A stretch of 64,000 nt of DNA from an uncultured Balneolaceae bacterium (GCA_964415185.1 CAYPZI010000004.1:340-64339), one strand, 5' to 3'. Shown: positions 6,511 to 16,854, numbered from the stretch's first letter. Numbers and translations: made by a program. The notes: a model not told the origin generated them from the sequence alone.

Positions 6511-9500
6511 TTAAAAAACCGCACTAACTACAAATCTCATTGTTTGAATTACATTACTGCCCGGAACAGTCCGGCCATCATACTGCAAAGTACCTCTCAG
6601 AAAAGAACTGAACCTGTACGTGCTACTCAAGTTCCAGTTTAACGTCAGGCCTTGGCCCGCACCATCCGTCAACTCAAATTCACCCAAACTGGATGAAGTA
6701 CCACTCACTTCCGAATTTTTAACCTGCAGTCGAAGATTGTTTTGAAGCACGTTAAAAAGAAATAGCCTTGTTGTGTTTGTAATTCCGAATATGGTAGAAC
6801 GGGCCCCGGAGTTATTAAAAAAATTATCTTTCTTCCTTGTAAAAATAAAACCGGATTCATTTTCAGCCGAGCGGTTTATAAATACCCGGATACCCGGCCT
6901 GGCCGTGCGGCTGGTAATGTCGAAACCCCTGTTAACAAACCGGCTGCTCAAATTCTCATCCGTAGAATAACTGAATTCGGAGAGAATCCTCACCCTGTCA
7001 CTTATCTGATAACTTCCTTCTACTTCAAAAAGGCGAACTTTTTTCTCCTCAAGGCCTGCCGACCGTTGAAACAATATGTCGTTGCCGCTAAAGCGAGCTG
7101 TCAAGTCAAGATTGTTATCATCATCCGTCCAACGTAATTCCTGCCGTAAAATCCTTTGCCCACTGATCGTCGTCTCGGAATTTCTTAACGCCGACGGATT
7201 CAGCAAATAAACTTTCTTTAGATTTGGTTCCGTGCTCGTCTCTCTGAATTCGATTGTGGAATTTAATCTCAGGCCCCGGATAAATCCTGGTAACGCATTC
7301 TCGCCTTGCTTAAACAGGTCACTGAAAATAATTCTGTTCCGAAACCTAACCTTCAGGTCAACTACAGGCAAAAGTTCATCAGCAGGAATGAACTGCCTCA
7401 GAAAACTTCCTTCATTGGGATTAACCTCGGGAAAAAATTCATCCAGTTGCTGAACACCATCTCCGTTCAGATCATCCCAGAAAAACTGGCCCAATTCCGG
7501 CCCTGCTTCAATAAATGTTTCTTGCAGCAGGGCTCTTCTCTCCGTATTGGCTTCGTAAAGCAACTCGCCTTCCAATCCGCCATTGGCAATCAGGTAATTG
7601 TTCACAGACCGCATTAGTACTCCTCGTGAACGCGGTAACTGTGATTCTCCCAGGAAAGCCTCTTCCGTATCTTTCTGCCTGAATTGCAACTGATTTTCAC
7701 TTCTGAATACGGCTGAGGGTTGAAATGTAAGCCCGAATCGCTGTGTCCTGCTCACCGATTCCTTGATCAGCTGCCCGTTTTGTGCTCGTTTATTAAACCT
7801 GTAGCCGCCTCCCGCGCTAATAGAAATAGATCCGGCTGCCAGCCTGAGCCCCGGATTCAGGTCGTAAAACTCAATTGAACCGGCTAACAATGAATCATTT
7901 TCCGCCTGTTGTGTGCGATTTTCCGTTTCCCAATTTAAAAATGGTGTTATTTCAGTTTCACCGATTCTGAACAGGTACCCCGTGCTTCCGATTTGCTTGA
8001 ACCATTTTCCTTTTTGGCTTACAAACCTGTCGTCACTGTTTACCCAGTTCGAGTTTATGTTTAAAAAAGGAGCTTCGGCCTCATTTGAATTAACCAGAAC
8101 TTCGAATCTTTCTCCATCGAAAAAATCCCTTCGGTTTAACGCACCCCTGGCAGTGATGCTGCTGTTTTTGGAAAGTTTCCAGGATAATCGGGCTTCCGAA
8201 ATCCACTCTTCTTCATCCCGGTTTGGATCTTCAATATTCCAGATTCTGTCGAATTCAACATCTCTTACACGGTCTAAAAATTCATAATTTTTACCGGTAT
8301 ACCTCTGTGAAAATTCAGCAGAAAATGATCCGATACTGCTTTTTAAAGAATCAATTCTGAAACCGGCAAGAAAAGCATGGTCAATATTGTCTCCGCTGTC
8401 GAGGTCTGAAAACCGGTTGCGGTCAAAATCACTAAAGCTCCATTCCCCGAAAAGTTTTATTTTTTTGGACAGATCAAAATCCGACCTTATAGACATCAGC
8501 TGCTGCTCCTGTGGAGCTTCAAGCCCGATAACAGGCTCATAACTGCCTGCACCCGGGCCTACCCATTCGAACAGAAGGCCGTTCACTGTACCCCCAACCC
8601 GCCTGTAACTTCCGTTACCCTGTCCGAAATTGGTAAAGCGAACTCTGAATACAGATGCGGAATCTCCGGGGATGTGCCTGAATATTTCGAATTGTTCTCC
8701 GTTCAGGAAAGTATCAACCCTGGCATAGAGTACATCATCCGGGTTCTCCTGGAATCCCACGGAATCTGCACCACTCACAAAGGTATCCTCTACATCATCG
8801 CCCAAGCTTCTGAGCAGATCAATATCGTTATCACTTAGAGATATCTGCGTATTGGGATTGCTGTTATCCGATTCTCTTAAAAAAGTCGCGGCAACCTTAA
8901 GCCGTCCGTTTGCCAAGCGGTCTTCGCTTCCCCCGGCAGCAATAAGAGTACGGGTAAAGTTCTGATTCAGAAACTGGTATTCAATAACGATTCTTGTTTC
9001 ATCGGTAACCAGCAAATTATTTGTAAATGTGATTTCTCCAAGTGAATAATCGATAGTGTACGCATTTTCAACTCCCCTTTGTACTTCAATGCCATTGACA
9101 AAAACACGTTCTGATCCCGCAATAATCACTATAAATTCGTCATTATTATCTCCTTCCAGCCTGTATGGGCCTTGCAGCCCTTCTATCCCGTTAAACCTTT
9201 GTATCCTGAACTCACCTCTTGCTACCGACATTGCAGCCCTGTAGCTGCCAACGCCTGTCCTCGCATGAATAGCTCCCCCCTGTACCCTTCTGTTCAAAAT
9301 GGCGAAATCGCTTTCGGTAAATGATACATCCACATCTCCCAGTTCAAGCTGGCCAAGTTCATTTTGCATTTGGATATAAACCCGGTCAAATTCCCTCAGA
9401 TTCTGGGTACTGCCGTCAGGCTGAATAGGGGTAGATCTGTCCGTCAGAGTTGCCGTAATAGATATATCTTCTGTAATTTGGCCGTTCAGGTCGAGCCGAA

Positions 9501-9969
9501 GACCGCTTTCGAGTGAAAGGTCCTGGCGATTTCCAACCGTAAAACCCCTTGTAAGGCTGCCGCTTCTGTTCAGGTCAACATCACCGAACAGATCGGCAAC
9601 CCCTGTAGTTTTTCTTGCTACAGTTACCGTTTCGGCGGTATCCGTACCGGCAGAACCTTCCACAGTTATTGCTTCCCTTAACCTGTATTCTTTATTCAAA
9701 AAATCGAGCAGCCGGATGTATTCTACCCTGATGGAAGGTGTTTCTTTAAGAACGGATTCGGGAAGTGAGAAATTTAATTGCCCGGTTTCTCTCGTAAAAT
9801 TCCAATAAACCCGAGCAATCTCTCCGCCTGGGCCAATTACCCTAATGGAGTCTTCAACAACAAGAAAGTCCAGAAAATAGAGCGAGTCGTTGACAACCGG
9901 GCTGAATTCTTTTGTGAGTTTCCCGTTGGTCTGGGCTGTTGTAAAATCCGGAAACAATAGAAATAGCAC
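6511..9969 (-). CDS. Large predicted outer-membrane beta-barrel protein, family not recognised; the true start is probably upstream (about 10011)
   Basis: 1152 aa from a GTG. Ends in an aromatic residue (..VVSAVF), as OM barrels do. Alternating beta-strand-like sequence throughout. The in-frame upstream extension encodes a signal-peptide-like ISRIIRLKSPVCWFIIGVLFLLFPDFTTAQ. Confidence 0.6.
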   Translation of the reverse strand: MLFLLFPDFTTAQTNGKLTKEFSPVVNDSLYFLDFLVVEDSIRVIGPGGEIARVYWNFTRETGQLNFSLPESVLKETPSIRVEYIRLLDFLNKEYRLREAITVEGSAGTDTAETVTVARKTTGVADLFGDVDLNRSGSLTRGFTVGNRQDLSLESGLRLDLNGQITEDISITATLTDRSTPIQPDGSTQNLREFDRVYIQMQNELGQLELGDVDVSFTESDFAILNRRVQGGAIHARTGVGSYRAAMSVARGEFRIQRFNGIEGLQGPYRLEGDNNDEFIVIIAGSERVFVNGIEVQRGVENAYTIDYSLGEITFTNNLLVTDETRIVIEYQFLNQNFTRTLIAAGGSEDRLANGRLKVAATFLRESDNSNPNTQISLSDNDIDLLRSLGDDVEDTFVSGADSVGFQENPDDVLYARVDTFLNGEQFEIFRHIPGDSASVFRVRFTNFGQGNGSYRRVGGTVNGLLFEWVGPGAGSYEPVIGLEAPQEQQLMSIRSDFDLSKKIKLFGEWSFSDFDRNRFSDLDSGDNIDHAFLAGFRIDSLKSSIGSFSAEFSQRYTGKNYEFLDRVRDVEFDRIWNIEDPNRDEEEWISEARLSWKLSKNSSITARGALNRRDFFDGERFEVLVNSNEAEAPFLNINSNWVNSDDRFVSQKGKWFKQIGSTGYLFRIGETEITPFLNWETENRTQQAENDSLLAGSIEFYDLNPGLRLAAGSISISAGGGYRFNKRAQNGQLIKESVSRTQRFGLTFQPSAVFRSENQLQFRQKDTEEAFLGESQLPRSRGVLMRSVNNYLIANGGLEGELLYEANTERRALLQETFIEAGPELGQFFWDDLNGDGVQQLDEFFPEVNPNEGSFLRQFIPADELLPVVDLKVRFRNRIIFSDLFKQGENALPGFIRGLRLNSTIEFRETSTEPNLKKVYLLNPSALRNSETTISGQRILRQELRWTDDDNNLDLTARFSGNDILFQRSAGLEEKKVRLFEVEGSYQISDRVRILSEFSYSTDENLSSRFVNRGFDITSRTARPGIRVFINRSAENESGFIFTRKKDNFFNNSGARSTIFGITNTTRLFLFNVLQNNLRLQVKNSEVSGTSSSLGEFELTDGAGQGLTLNWNLSSTYRFSSFLRGTLQYDGRTVPGSNVIQTMRFVVSAVF

Positions 9970-10074
9970 GCCGATTATGAACCAACAAACCGGACTTTTT
10001 AACCGTATAATTCTGCTTATTTGACAAAAACCAGGGATAGTTTTCTGATTTTATTTCCGGAAATGTAGCAAATT

Positions 10075-10110
10075 AAAAAAGCGGAAACCACCCGTCCGGG
10101 TCATTCCCGC
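10075..10110 (-). terminator. Rho-independent terminator of the rpsF-rpsR-rplI operon
   Basis: Minus-strand RNA GCGGGAAUGACCCGGACGGGUGGUUUCCGC followed by UUUUUU, 54 nt downstream of the rplI stop. Confidence 0.75.
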
Positions 10111-10163
10111 CTTGATTTTCCAGTAAATTTAATGAATGACAGGACAGAACCTAATTAAAACTG

Positions 10164-10610
10164 TCAGTCATTTTTTACAACCCAGATTTTAACTTTCGGG
10201 TTAAGGTCACCCAACAGGTCAACGGTTGCTGTATACTCACCCAGAGTCTTAATATCCTGGTCGAGAGAAATTTTCCGTTTGTCAATGACAATGCCCCTTT
10301 CTTCAAGGGCATCTGCAACCTGTTGTGTAGTAACGGTTCCGTGAATTTTTTCATCCTCGCCGACAGTTGCAGAAATGGTGATGGAGACGCTTTCAAGTTC
10401 CCTGGCAAGCTCTTTGGCTTTTTCAACTGTCAGTTCGGCTCTCAGTTCAGCCTGCCTCCGCATGTTTTCCATATGCTTGATAGCACCTTCGGTAGCCATT
10501 ACCGCCTTAGACTGTGGGATCAAGTAGTTTCGCCCGTATCCGTCTTTCACATCAACGAGGTCCCCCGCAGAACCGAGGTTATCCATATCTTCTTTTAGTA
10601 TAACTTTCAT
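10164..10610 (-). CDS. rplI: 50S ribosomal protein L9
   Basis: 148 aa. MKVILKEDMDNLGSAGDLVDVKDGYGRNYLIPQSKA is the canonical L9 N-terminus. Confidence 0.97.
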   Translation of the reverse strand: MKVILKEDMDNLGSAGDLVDVKDGYGRNYLIPQSKAVMATEGAIKHMENMRRQAELRAELTVEKAKELARELESVSITISATVGEDEKIHGTVTTQQVADALEERGIVIDKRKISLDQDIKTLGEYTATVDLLGDLNPKVKIWVVKND

Positions 10611-10626
10611 TTTTTACAATCGCTGT

Positions 10627-10878
10627 TTAACGTAAATTTTCTGATACATAAGGAATTAAAGCCATAAATCTGGCTCTCTTCACAGCTCGGGCCAACAGGC
10701 GCTGATGCTTTGCACTTGTACCTGTCACACGGCGCGGTAAAATTTTTCCCTGGTCATTGATAAAGCGGTTCAGAGTTTCTACATCCTTGTAATCGATGTA
10801 CTTAAAACCGGCTCTTGTAAGCTTGCATTCTTTTGTTTTAAGATGCCCCTTCTTCGGGTGCGATGGATTTTTAATCAT
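10627..10878 (-). CDS. rpsR: 30S ribosomal protein S18
   Basis: 83 aa. [32 protein letters not shown]. Confidence 0.97.
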   Translation of the reverse strand: MIKNPSHPKKGHLKTKECKLTRAGFKYIDYKDVETLNRFINDQGKILPRRVTGTSAKHQRLLARAVKRARFMALIPYVSENLR

Positions 10879-10897
10879 GTCTCCGGATATTTATATG

Positions 10898-11284
10898 TTA
10901 ATTATCGTCATCTGATTCTTCGGCCTCTTCAACCTCATCAAAAATGGAGGGTGCCTGGCCTTTTCTTTTCAACTCAAGGTACTGTTTCATTTTCGAATCG
11001 TATTTCAAAGTGAGATAGCGCATGATATCGTCATGAATTCTCAATGTGCGCTCGAGTTTCTCAATCAGGTCAGCGGGAGCCTCAAAATACATGTTTACGT
11101 AGTACCCGTTGTTTTTTCCATCGATCTCGTAGGCAAACTTTCTTAAGCCCCATTCGTCTACTTCGTCAATCGTGCCACCGTTTGAAGTGACCTGTTCGTT
11201 CACGTAGTCGACAATTTCTTTAAACTTGTCGTCCTCAAGAACAGGATTTACAATGTATGTTAATTCGTAGAATTGATTTTGCAT
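10898..11284 (-). CDS. rpsF: 30S ribosomal protein S6
   Basis: 128 aa. YELTYIVNP start and acidic C-terminal tail. Synteny with rpsR-rplI. Confidence 0.95.
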   Translation of the reverse strand: MQNQFYELTYIVNPVLEDDKFKEIVDYVNEQVTSNGGTIDEVDEWGLRKFAYEIDGKNNGYYVNMYFEAPADLIEKLERTLRIHDDIMRYLTLKYDSKMKQYLELKRKGQAPSIFDEVEEAEESDDDN

Positions 11285-11420
11285 CTTTTTTATCTTTGGT
11301 TGTTTTCATTTGAAAACAGTCGTTCTGTGATATTTTCACGAACAACAGAATTTATGAAGATAAAACTTTTCTGCTTCGCTTACAATCCGATTTTTTGATT
11401 GTATTATATTATCTGAGAGC

Positions 11421-12884
11421 TCAGGGCAGTGCAGAAGCGGTATAAGTACCCTGGTAAAAGCTGTTTATGAGATCAAGGAGGCCGTTATAATTTAAAACCG
11501 GTTCTACGCCATAATAAATTGTAGCAATGCAGAGAATAATGAGTGAATATTTGAATATCAAACCGGGAGACTTCATCTCATATTCTTTATGAGCTTCCTT
11601 AAAATAGAGATATACCATAACTCTTAAGTAGTAGTATACACTTGCCGCACTTGCAAGAACACCGATTACAGCCAGTGTGATAAGCCCTGCATTAACGGCT
11701 GCGGCAAATACGTAATATTTACCCAGGAAACCGACAAAGGGTGGGATACCTGCAAGTGAAAAAAGAAATATTGACAATAAAACGCCCATTACCGGTTGCC
11801 TGAATCCCAGTCCGGCATAATTGTTTATATGCGTAAAATCCAGGTTTCTGTTATGTTCATAATAGGCAATTACACCAAAGGCTCCCACATTCATAAGCGT
11901 GTAAGCGAACAGATAATAGAGCATTCCGGAATACCCTTCTGCCGTGCCGGCTGCCAGACCCACAAGGAGGTAACCGGCATGAGCTATGCTCGAATATGCA
12001 AGCATTCTCTTCACATTATCCTGTACAAGTGCAATCAGGTTACCTATAATCATTGTTATGATGGCAATAACTTCAATAATGCCCAGCCATTCTCCGGTAC
12101 CGGTTGCAGGTAGCATTTTACTAACCACTATGATAAAAGCAATAAACGTTGCCGCTTTTGAGGCTGTTGCCATATAGGCTGTCATGGTAGTGGGAGCACC
12201 CTGGTAAACATCGGGCGTCCACATATGGAAAGGTACTGCTGAAATCTTGAAGAAAAAGCCAACCAGCAAAAGGGCCGACCCTGCAATAAAAAGCAGCGAA
12301 ACTTCAGCGGATGCTGCAATTTCAGGCAAATACATGGATCCGGTTGCACCATAGATCAGGGCAATGCCGTACAGAAGAAATCCTGTTGAAAAGCCGCCAA
12401 GCAGAGCATATTTCAGTGCTGCCTCGGCCCCTGTTTTTTCGTCCTTAATCAAACCGGTAATCACATACAATGCAATCGACATGGTTTCAAGGCTGATAAA
12501 AAGCGTGATCAGGCTATTGGTGGAAGCCAGCCCGAGCATTCCGGTTGTGGCAAATAATACCATGGCATAAATTTCATTTACATGGTGATCAATGCTGTCG
12601 AGATAATCTTTTGACAACGCCACACAAAAAATAGTTGCAAGCAGTATAACCAGCGAACCAAATGCAGAAACTCCGCCGTACGCAACCATCCCGCTGAATG
12701 ATTCTCCTGCCGGAACAAATAAATCACGAATGGCAAAAATAAATGCCAAACCAAGTATTCCAATTGTAAAAGAGTATGAGAATGTAACAGTTTTCTTAAA
12801 CGCTTCGGCAATTAAAATCCCAAGTCCACCCAGGGCGACAATCAAGCCGGGTATAAATGTTGATAAATCACTTAAATAATCCAT
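11421..12884 (-). CDS. nuoN: NADH-quinone oxidoreductase subunit N
   Basis: 487 aa polytopic antiporter-like protein (FHMWTPDVYQGAPT motif). Last gene in an L-M-N ordered set. Confidence 0.85.
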   Translation of the reverse strand: MDYLSDLSTFIPGLIVALGGLGILIAEAFKKTVTFSYSFTIGILGLAFIFAIRDLFVPAGESFSGMVAYGGVSAFGSLVILLATIFCVALSKDYLDSIDHHVNEIYAMVLFATTGMLGLASTNSLITLFISLETMSIALYVITGLIKDEKTGAEAALKYALLGGFSTGFLLYGIALIYGATGSMYLPEIAASAEVSLLFIAGSALLLVGFFFKISAVPFHMWTPDVYQGAPTTMTAYMATASKAATFIAFIIVVSKMLPATGTGEWLGIIEVIAIITMIIGNLIALVQDNVKRMLAYSSIAHAGYLLVGLAAGTAEGYSGMLYYLFAYTLMNVGAFGVIAYYEHNRNLDFTHINNYAGLGFRQPVMGVLLSIFLFSLAGIPPFVGFLGKYYVFAAAVNAGLITLAVIGVLASAASVYYYLRVMVYLYFKEAHKEYEMKSPGLIFKYSLIILCIATIYYGVEPVLNYNGLLDLINSFYQGTYTASALP

Positions 12885-12887
12885 ATA

Positions 12888-13178
12888 TCAAAAAATATCG
12901 TAAATAGAGTCGATGGCCTTGGCCAGTTTAATATCTTTTTCCGTTACCTTGTCGCCGGCATCATGAGTATTTAAAGAAATGGAGACCGAATTATAGACAT
13001 TGAAGAGCTGCGGATGATGCACTTGTTCTTCGGCTTCAAAGCCTACCCTTACAATAAACATTAATGCAGTTTTAAAATCTTTAAACTGAAAATCCTTTTT
13101 AATCAGATCATCCTCAAATTCCCAATTATCCAGAGATTTCAATTCTTTTTCTATTTCATTTTTCTCAAGTGGTGCCAT
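12888..13178 (-). CDS. pcd: Pterin-4-alpha-carbinolamine dehydratase (PCD/DCoH family)
   Basis: 96 aa. EEQVHHPQLFNVYNSVSISLNTHDAG matches the PCD catalytic His motif region. Sits 3 nt from nuoN and 10 nt from nuoM. Confidence 0.85.
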   Translation of the reverse strand: MAPLEKNEIEKELKSLDNWEFEDDLIKKDFQFKDFKTALMFIVRVGFEAEEQVHHPQLFNVYNSVSISLNTHDAGDKVTEKDIKLAKAIDSIYDIF

Positions 13179-13188
13179 AAATATAAAT

Positions 13189-14808
13189 TTAGTTTTCTTT
13201 TTGAGCGATTATCGGTTCTGATGAAATGCCTTGATCAATATCATAAAGTTTTGCAGTCCAGTCAGGCAATTCTTCTGCCCGTACCTCGCGAATCACTGCC
13301 ATTCCCTTTTGTTCCGATCCTTCAATAAAATTGATTACCCACCCCTCGGAATAGTCGGTGAAGTCAACCGGCCGTATTCCTATCCAAACCATAAATATAA
13401 CAAGAGGTATAAGCAGGCCGGCTTCCCGCAGCGACAAATCTTTCAAATTCATGTTTTCTTCATGTTTCACCGGGCCGAACATCACTCTTTGATACATCCA
13501 GAGCATATAAACAGCTGCAAGTATCACCCCGGTTGCTGCAAGTACGGCATAAACCTTTTTGTCATACAGCTCAGAAACAAAACTGCCATTCAGAATCAGG
13601 AATTCACCTATAAAACCGTTCAGGCCAGGCAAACCGATAGATGCCAAAGTTGAAATCATAAACATAACAGCAAAAACAGGCATAATTTTGGCAATTCCCC
13701 CGAAATCCTTAATCAACCGTGTATGGCGCCGGTCATAAATCATTCCCACTATAAGAAAGAGGGCGCCGGTCGAAAGGCCATGATTCACCATTTGAATAAT
13801 GGCACCCTGCATTGCAATTGTATTAAAAGCAAAAATCCCGAGTACAACAAATCCGAGGTGGCTTACCGAAGAATAAGCTACAAGCTTTTTCACATCTTTC
13901 TGAACCATTGCAACAAGGGCTCCGTAAATAATCCCGATAATAGCGAGAACAGCGAACCAGGGGGCAAATTCCATGAAGGCATTTGGAAAAACCGGCAGAC
14001 AAACTCTTACCAGGCCGTATGTACCCATTTTAAGCATAATTGCCGCCAGCACAACTGAGCCTGCCGTTGGCGCTTCCGTATGAGCGTAGGGCAGCCAGGT
14101 ATGAAATGGAAAGAGAGGAACCTTAATACAGAAAGCAAGGGCAAAAGCCAGGAACATGTATGTCTGTTCGACCAGCCCGATTGTATATTCGGGGCCTGAA
14201 ATAAACCTCCAGTCTGCGGTGAACGAGTACAATTCGTGAACTGCACCTGCATGATAGCCAAGGTAAATAAGTGCCACAAGCATGATCAGCGAACCGGTGA
14301 GGGTATAGATAAAAAACTTGATGGTTGCACGGATCCTGTCAACACCTCCCCAGATTCCGATCAAAAAGTACATTGGAATCAGCGAAAGTTCGAAGAAAAC
14401 ATAAAATACAAAGAGGTCAAGTGCTGCAAAAACGCCAAGAGAAGCTGTTTGGAGCAAAAGCAGCATGGAATAATATCCTTTACGGTGCTTTTTGATAGAT
14501 TTCCAGGATGATAAAATAACAATCGGCCCGAACAGTGTAGTCAGCATAAAAAGCAGGATACTCAGGCCGTCCAGCCCAACAAGATATTTAATATCCAAAC
14601 CCTCAAGAGCAGGTGCCCCTTCAGTTAAAAATTGCGGAACATGGGATAAACTGATATCAAAGCCCAGTAAAAGAGGAATCGAGAGGAAAAAAGTAATGGA
14701 TGTTACAACAAGGCTTACCCACTTGGCTGCATCGTCATTTTTTAAAAGAAGAATACCGGCTATACCGGCCAGCGGGAAATAAATAACAATATTCAGAAGT
14801 ATATCCAT
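13189..14808 (-). CDS. nuoM: NADH-quinone oxidoreductase subunit M
   Basis: 539 aa antiporter-like protein (FHTWLPYAHTEAPTAGSV). Positioned between nuoL and nuoN. Confidence 0.85.
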   Translation of the reverse strand: MDILLNIVIYFPLAGIAGILLLKNDDAAKWVSLVVTSITFFLSIPLLLGFDISLSHVPQFLTEGAPALEGLDIKYLVGLDGLSILLFMLTTLFGPIVILSSWKSIKKHRKGYYSMLLLLQTASLGVFAALDLFVFYVFFELSLIPMYFLIGIWGGVDRIRATIKFFIYTLTGSLIMLVALIYLGYHAGAVHELYSFTADWRFISGPEYTIGLVEQTYMFLAFALAFCIKVPLFPFHTWLPYAHTEAPTAGSVVLAAIMLKMGTYGLVRVCLPVFPNAFMEFAPWFAVLAIIGIIYGALVAMVQKDVKKLVAYSSVSHLGFVVLGIFAFNTIAMQGAIIQMVNHGLSTGALFLIVGMIYDRRHTRLIKDFGGIAKIMPVFAVMFMISTLASIGLPGLNGFIGEFLILNGSFVSELYDKKVYAVLAATGVILAAVYMLWMYQRVMFGPVKHEENMNLKDLSLREAGLLIPLVIFMVWIGIRPVDFTDYSEGWVINFIEGSEQKGMAVIREVRAEELPDWTAKLYDIDQGISSEPIIAQKEN

Positions 14809-14832
14809 AAAAATATCTGATTCAGAATCTTT

Positions 14833-16854
14833 TTAAAAAAGCATCAGGGTTAATACAAGTAAAACTCCGATCAACAAGATCAAAGCATAGTTTGAGACAA
14901 TGCCGGTTTGAATATACCGGAGTAAGCTTCCAAACAAACGCACTGTGCCGGCTATCATGTTTACAGTTCCGTCAACAATTTTCATATCGAAAACTGCAAG
15001 TACTTTATCGGATATTCTAACCGTCGGATTTATGATTACAGCCTGGTACAATTCATCGAGTTTGTATTTTTCACTCCAAACTGTGTAAAGCTCACCAAAA
15101 CGGCCTGAAAGCCTTGCATCGGATTCTTCAAGCTGATCGCCGGCGTACATTTTATAGGATACCCATGTTCCTCCAAGGGCAACCACTATGGATATCGACA
15201 TTAAACCCCATTCCGCCGCATGCGAAAGAACAACGGAGTAATCAGCGGCAATGGCATAAAGCCAATCGTGCAGCAGGTTGATGTGAGCCTCACTTCCGGT
15301 AAACGTTTCGGCAACGAAATTGGGAACACCGATAAACCCGCCAATAACCGATAAAATACCAAGCGTCCACAACGGAATAGTCATAGTGGCAGGGCTTTCA
15401 TGAAGATGGTTTTCAGCACCGGCTGCTTCCTTGATTTTATCCGGCAGTTTAAATGAACCGTGAAAAGTTCCGATTGTCAGGCGGAACATATAAAACGCTG
15501 TCAGGAAAGCGGTAATCATGCCAACACCCCACAAAATGATATAAAGCGATCCCGCAAACTCACCAAATCCTGCATTGAAGGTATGCATTAAAATTTCATC
15601 TTTGGAGAAAAAACCTGCCAGCGGAGGAATTCCGGCAATGGCAATGGTTGCCAGTAAAAATGTTTTGTAGGTTGAAGGCATATATTCTTTGAGCCCGCCC
15701 ATAAAGCGCATATCCTGGGGATCAAAATGGACATCCTTGCCTTCCCCATGCAATCCGTGCTCCACATGTTCCATGGCATGAATTACAGATCCCGATCCGA
15801 GAAACAGGCACGCTTTAAAAAATGCATGGGTTACCACATGGAAAATGGCGGCAGTAAAAGCACCGGAGCCAAGTGCCAGGAACATAAACCCAAGCTGTGA
15901 AACAGTTGAGTAGGCAAGAACTCTTTTTATGTCATATTGCGTAAGGGCAATTGTTGCAGCCACTAATGCGGTGAGAGCACCAACTACTGCCACAATTAGC
16001 ATCAATTCCGGTGAAGCCACATACAAGGGAGAAAGCCGTGTAATAAGATAAATTCCCGACGTTACCATTGTGGCCGCATGAATAAGGGCAGATACCGAAG
16101 TGGGCCCTGCCATGGCGTCGGGGAGCCAGACAAACAACGGAATTTGTGCGCTTTTGCCGGTCGCGCCAATCAGCATCAGCAAACCGACCCAAAAAATATC
16201 ATTGGAAGAAAACTGTTCCAGGTTTCCCAAAATCGCATCGAAGTTTAAGCTTCCAACCGTATCAAAAATCATGAATATGGCCACCAGGAAAGCAAAGTCA
16301 CCAACCCTGTTGTAGATAAATGCCTTTTTTGCCGCATCCGATTTGGCCATATCCGCATACCAAAATCCGATCAGCAGATAAGAACAGAGCCCGACCCCTT
16401 CCCAGCCAAGAAACAGGAGAAGGATATTATTGCCAAGCACCAGGTTCAGCATAGCAAAAATGAACAGGTTCATGTAGGCAAAGAATTTCCAGTAACCCTC
16501 ATCGTGCCCCATGTATCCAACCGAATAGAGATGAATCAGCGCCCCGACTCCCGTTACAACAAGTGTCATTACAAGAGACAGCTCATCAATACGATATGCA
16601 ATATCCACAGAAAATGCTCCCGTATCTATCCAGGTAAAGAGCTTGGCTACAAGAGCCTCGGAACCGGCTGTAAAATTCAAAAAGAGGCTTAATGTGATCA
16701 GAAAAGGAACAAAAACGGCAAAATTTGCAATAAAGCCGATAAACGCTTTTTTCGACCTGTAGGCGGGTGAGACCAGGCCAAAAATGCCGTTCATTAAAAA
16801 ACCCAGTAGAGGCAACCCGATAATCAGGCTAACAAGCGTTGTAACTGAATCCAT
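14833..16854 (-). CDS. nuoL: NADH-quinone oxidoreductase subunit L
   Basis: 673 aa antiporter-like protein (WLPDAMAGPTSVSALIHAATMV) with the long C-terminal extension typical of NuoL. Confidence 0.85.
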   Translation of the reverse strand: MDSVTTLVSLIIGLPLLGFLMNGIFGLVSPAYRSKKAFIGFIANFAVFVPFLITLSLFLNFTAGSEALVAKLFTWIDTGAFSVDIAYRIDELSLVMTLVVTGVGALIHLYSVGYMGHDEGYWKFFAYMNLFIFAMLNLVLGNNILLLFLGWEGVGLCSYLLIGFWYADMAKSDAAKKAFIYNRVGDFAFLVAIFMIFDTVGSLNFDAILGNLEQFSSNDIFWVGLLMLIGATGKSAQIPLFVWLPDAMAGPTSVSALIHAATMVTSGIYLITRLSPLYVASPELMLIVAVVGALTALVAATIALTQYDIKRVLAYSTVSQLGFMFLALGSGAFTAAIFHVVTHAFFKACLFLGSGSVIHAMEHVEHGLHGEGKDVHFDPQDMRFMGGLKEYMPSTYKTFLLATIAIAGIPPLAGFFSKDEILMHTFNAGFGEFAGSLYIILWGVGMITAFLTAFYMFRLTIGTFHGSFKLPDKIKEAAGAENHLHESPATMTIPLWTLGILSVIGGFIGVPNFVAETFTGSEAHINLLHDWLYAIAADYSVVLSHAAEWGLMSISIVVALGGTWVSYKMYAGDQLEESDARLSGRFGELYTVWSEKYKLDELYQAVIINPTVRISDKVLAVFDMKIVDGTVNMIAGTVRLFGSLLRYIQTGIVSNYALILLIGVLLVLTLMLF

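Noticed and set aside
11285-11420. Possible S6:S18-binding leader structure upstream of rpsF (hairpin TTCTGT..ACAGAA).
   Set aside because: It is a short AT-rich hairpin only. I cannot verify resemblance to the known rpsF leader motif without a covariance-model search.
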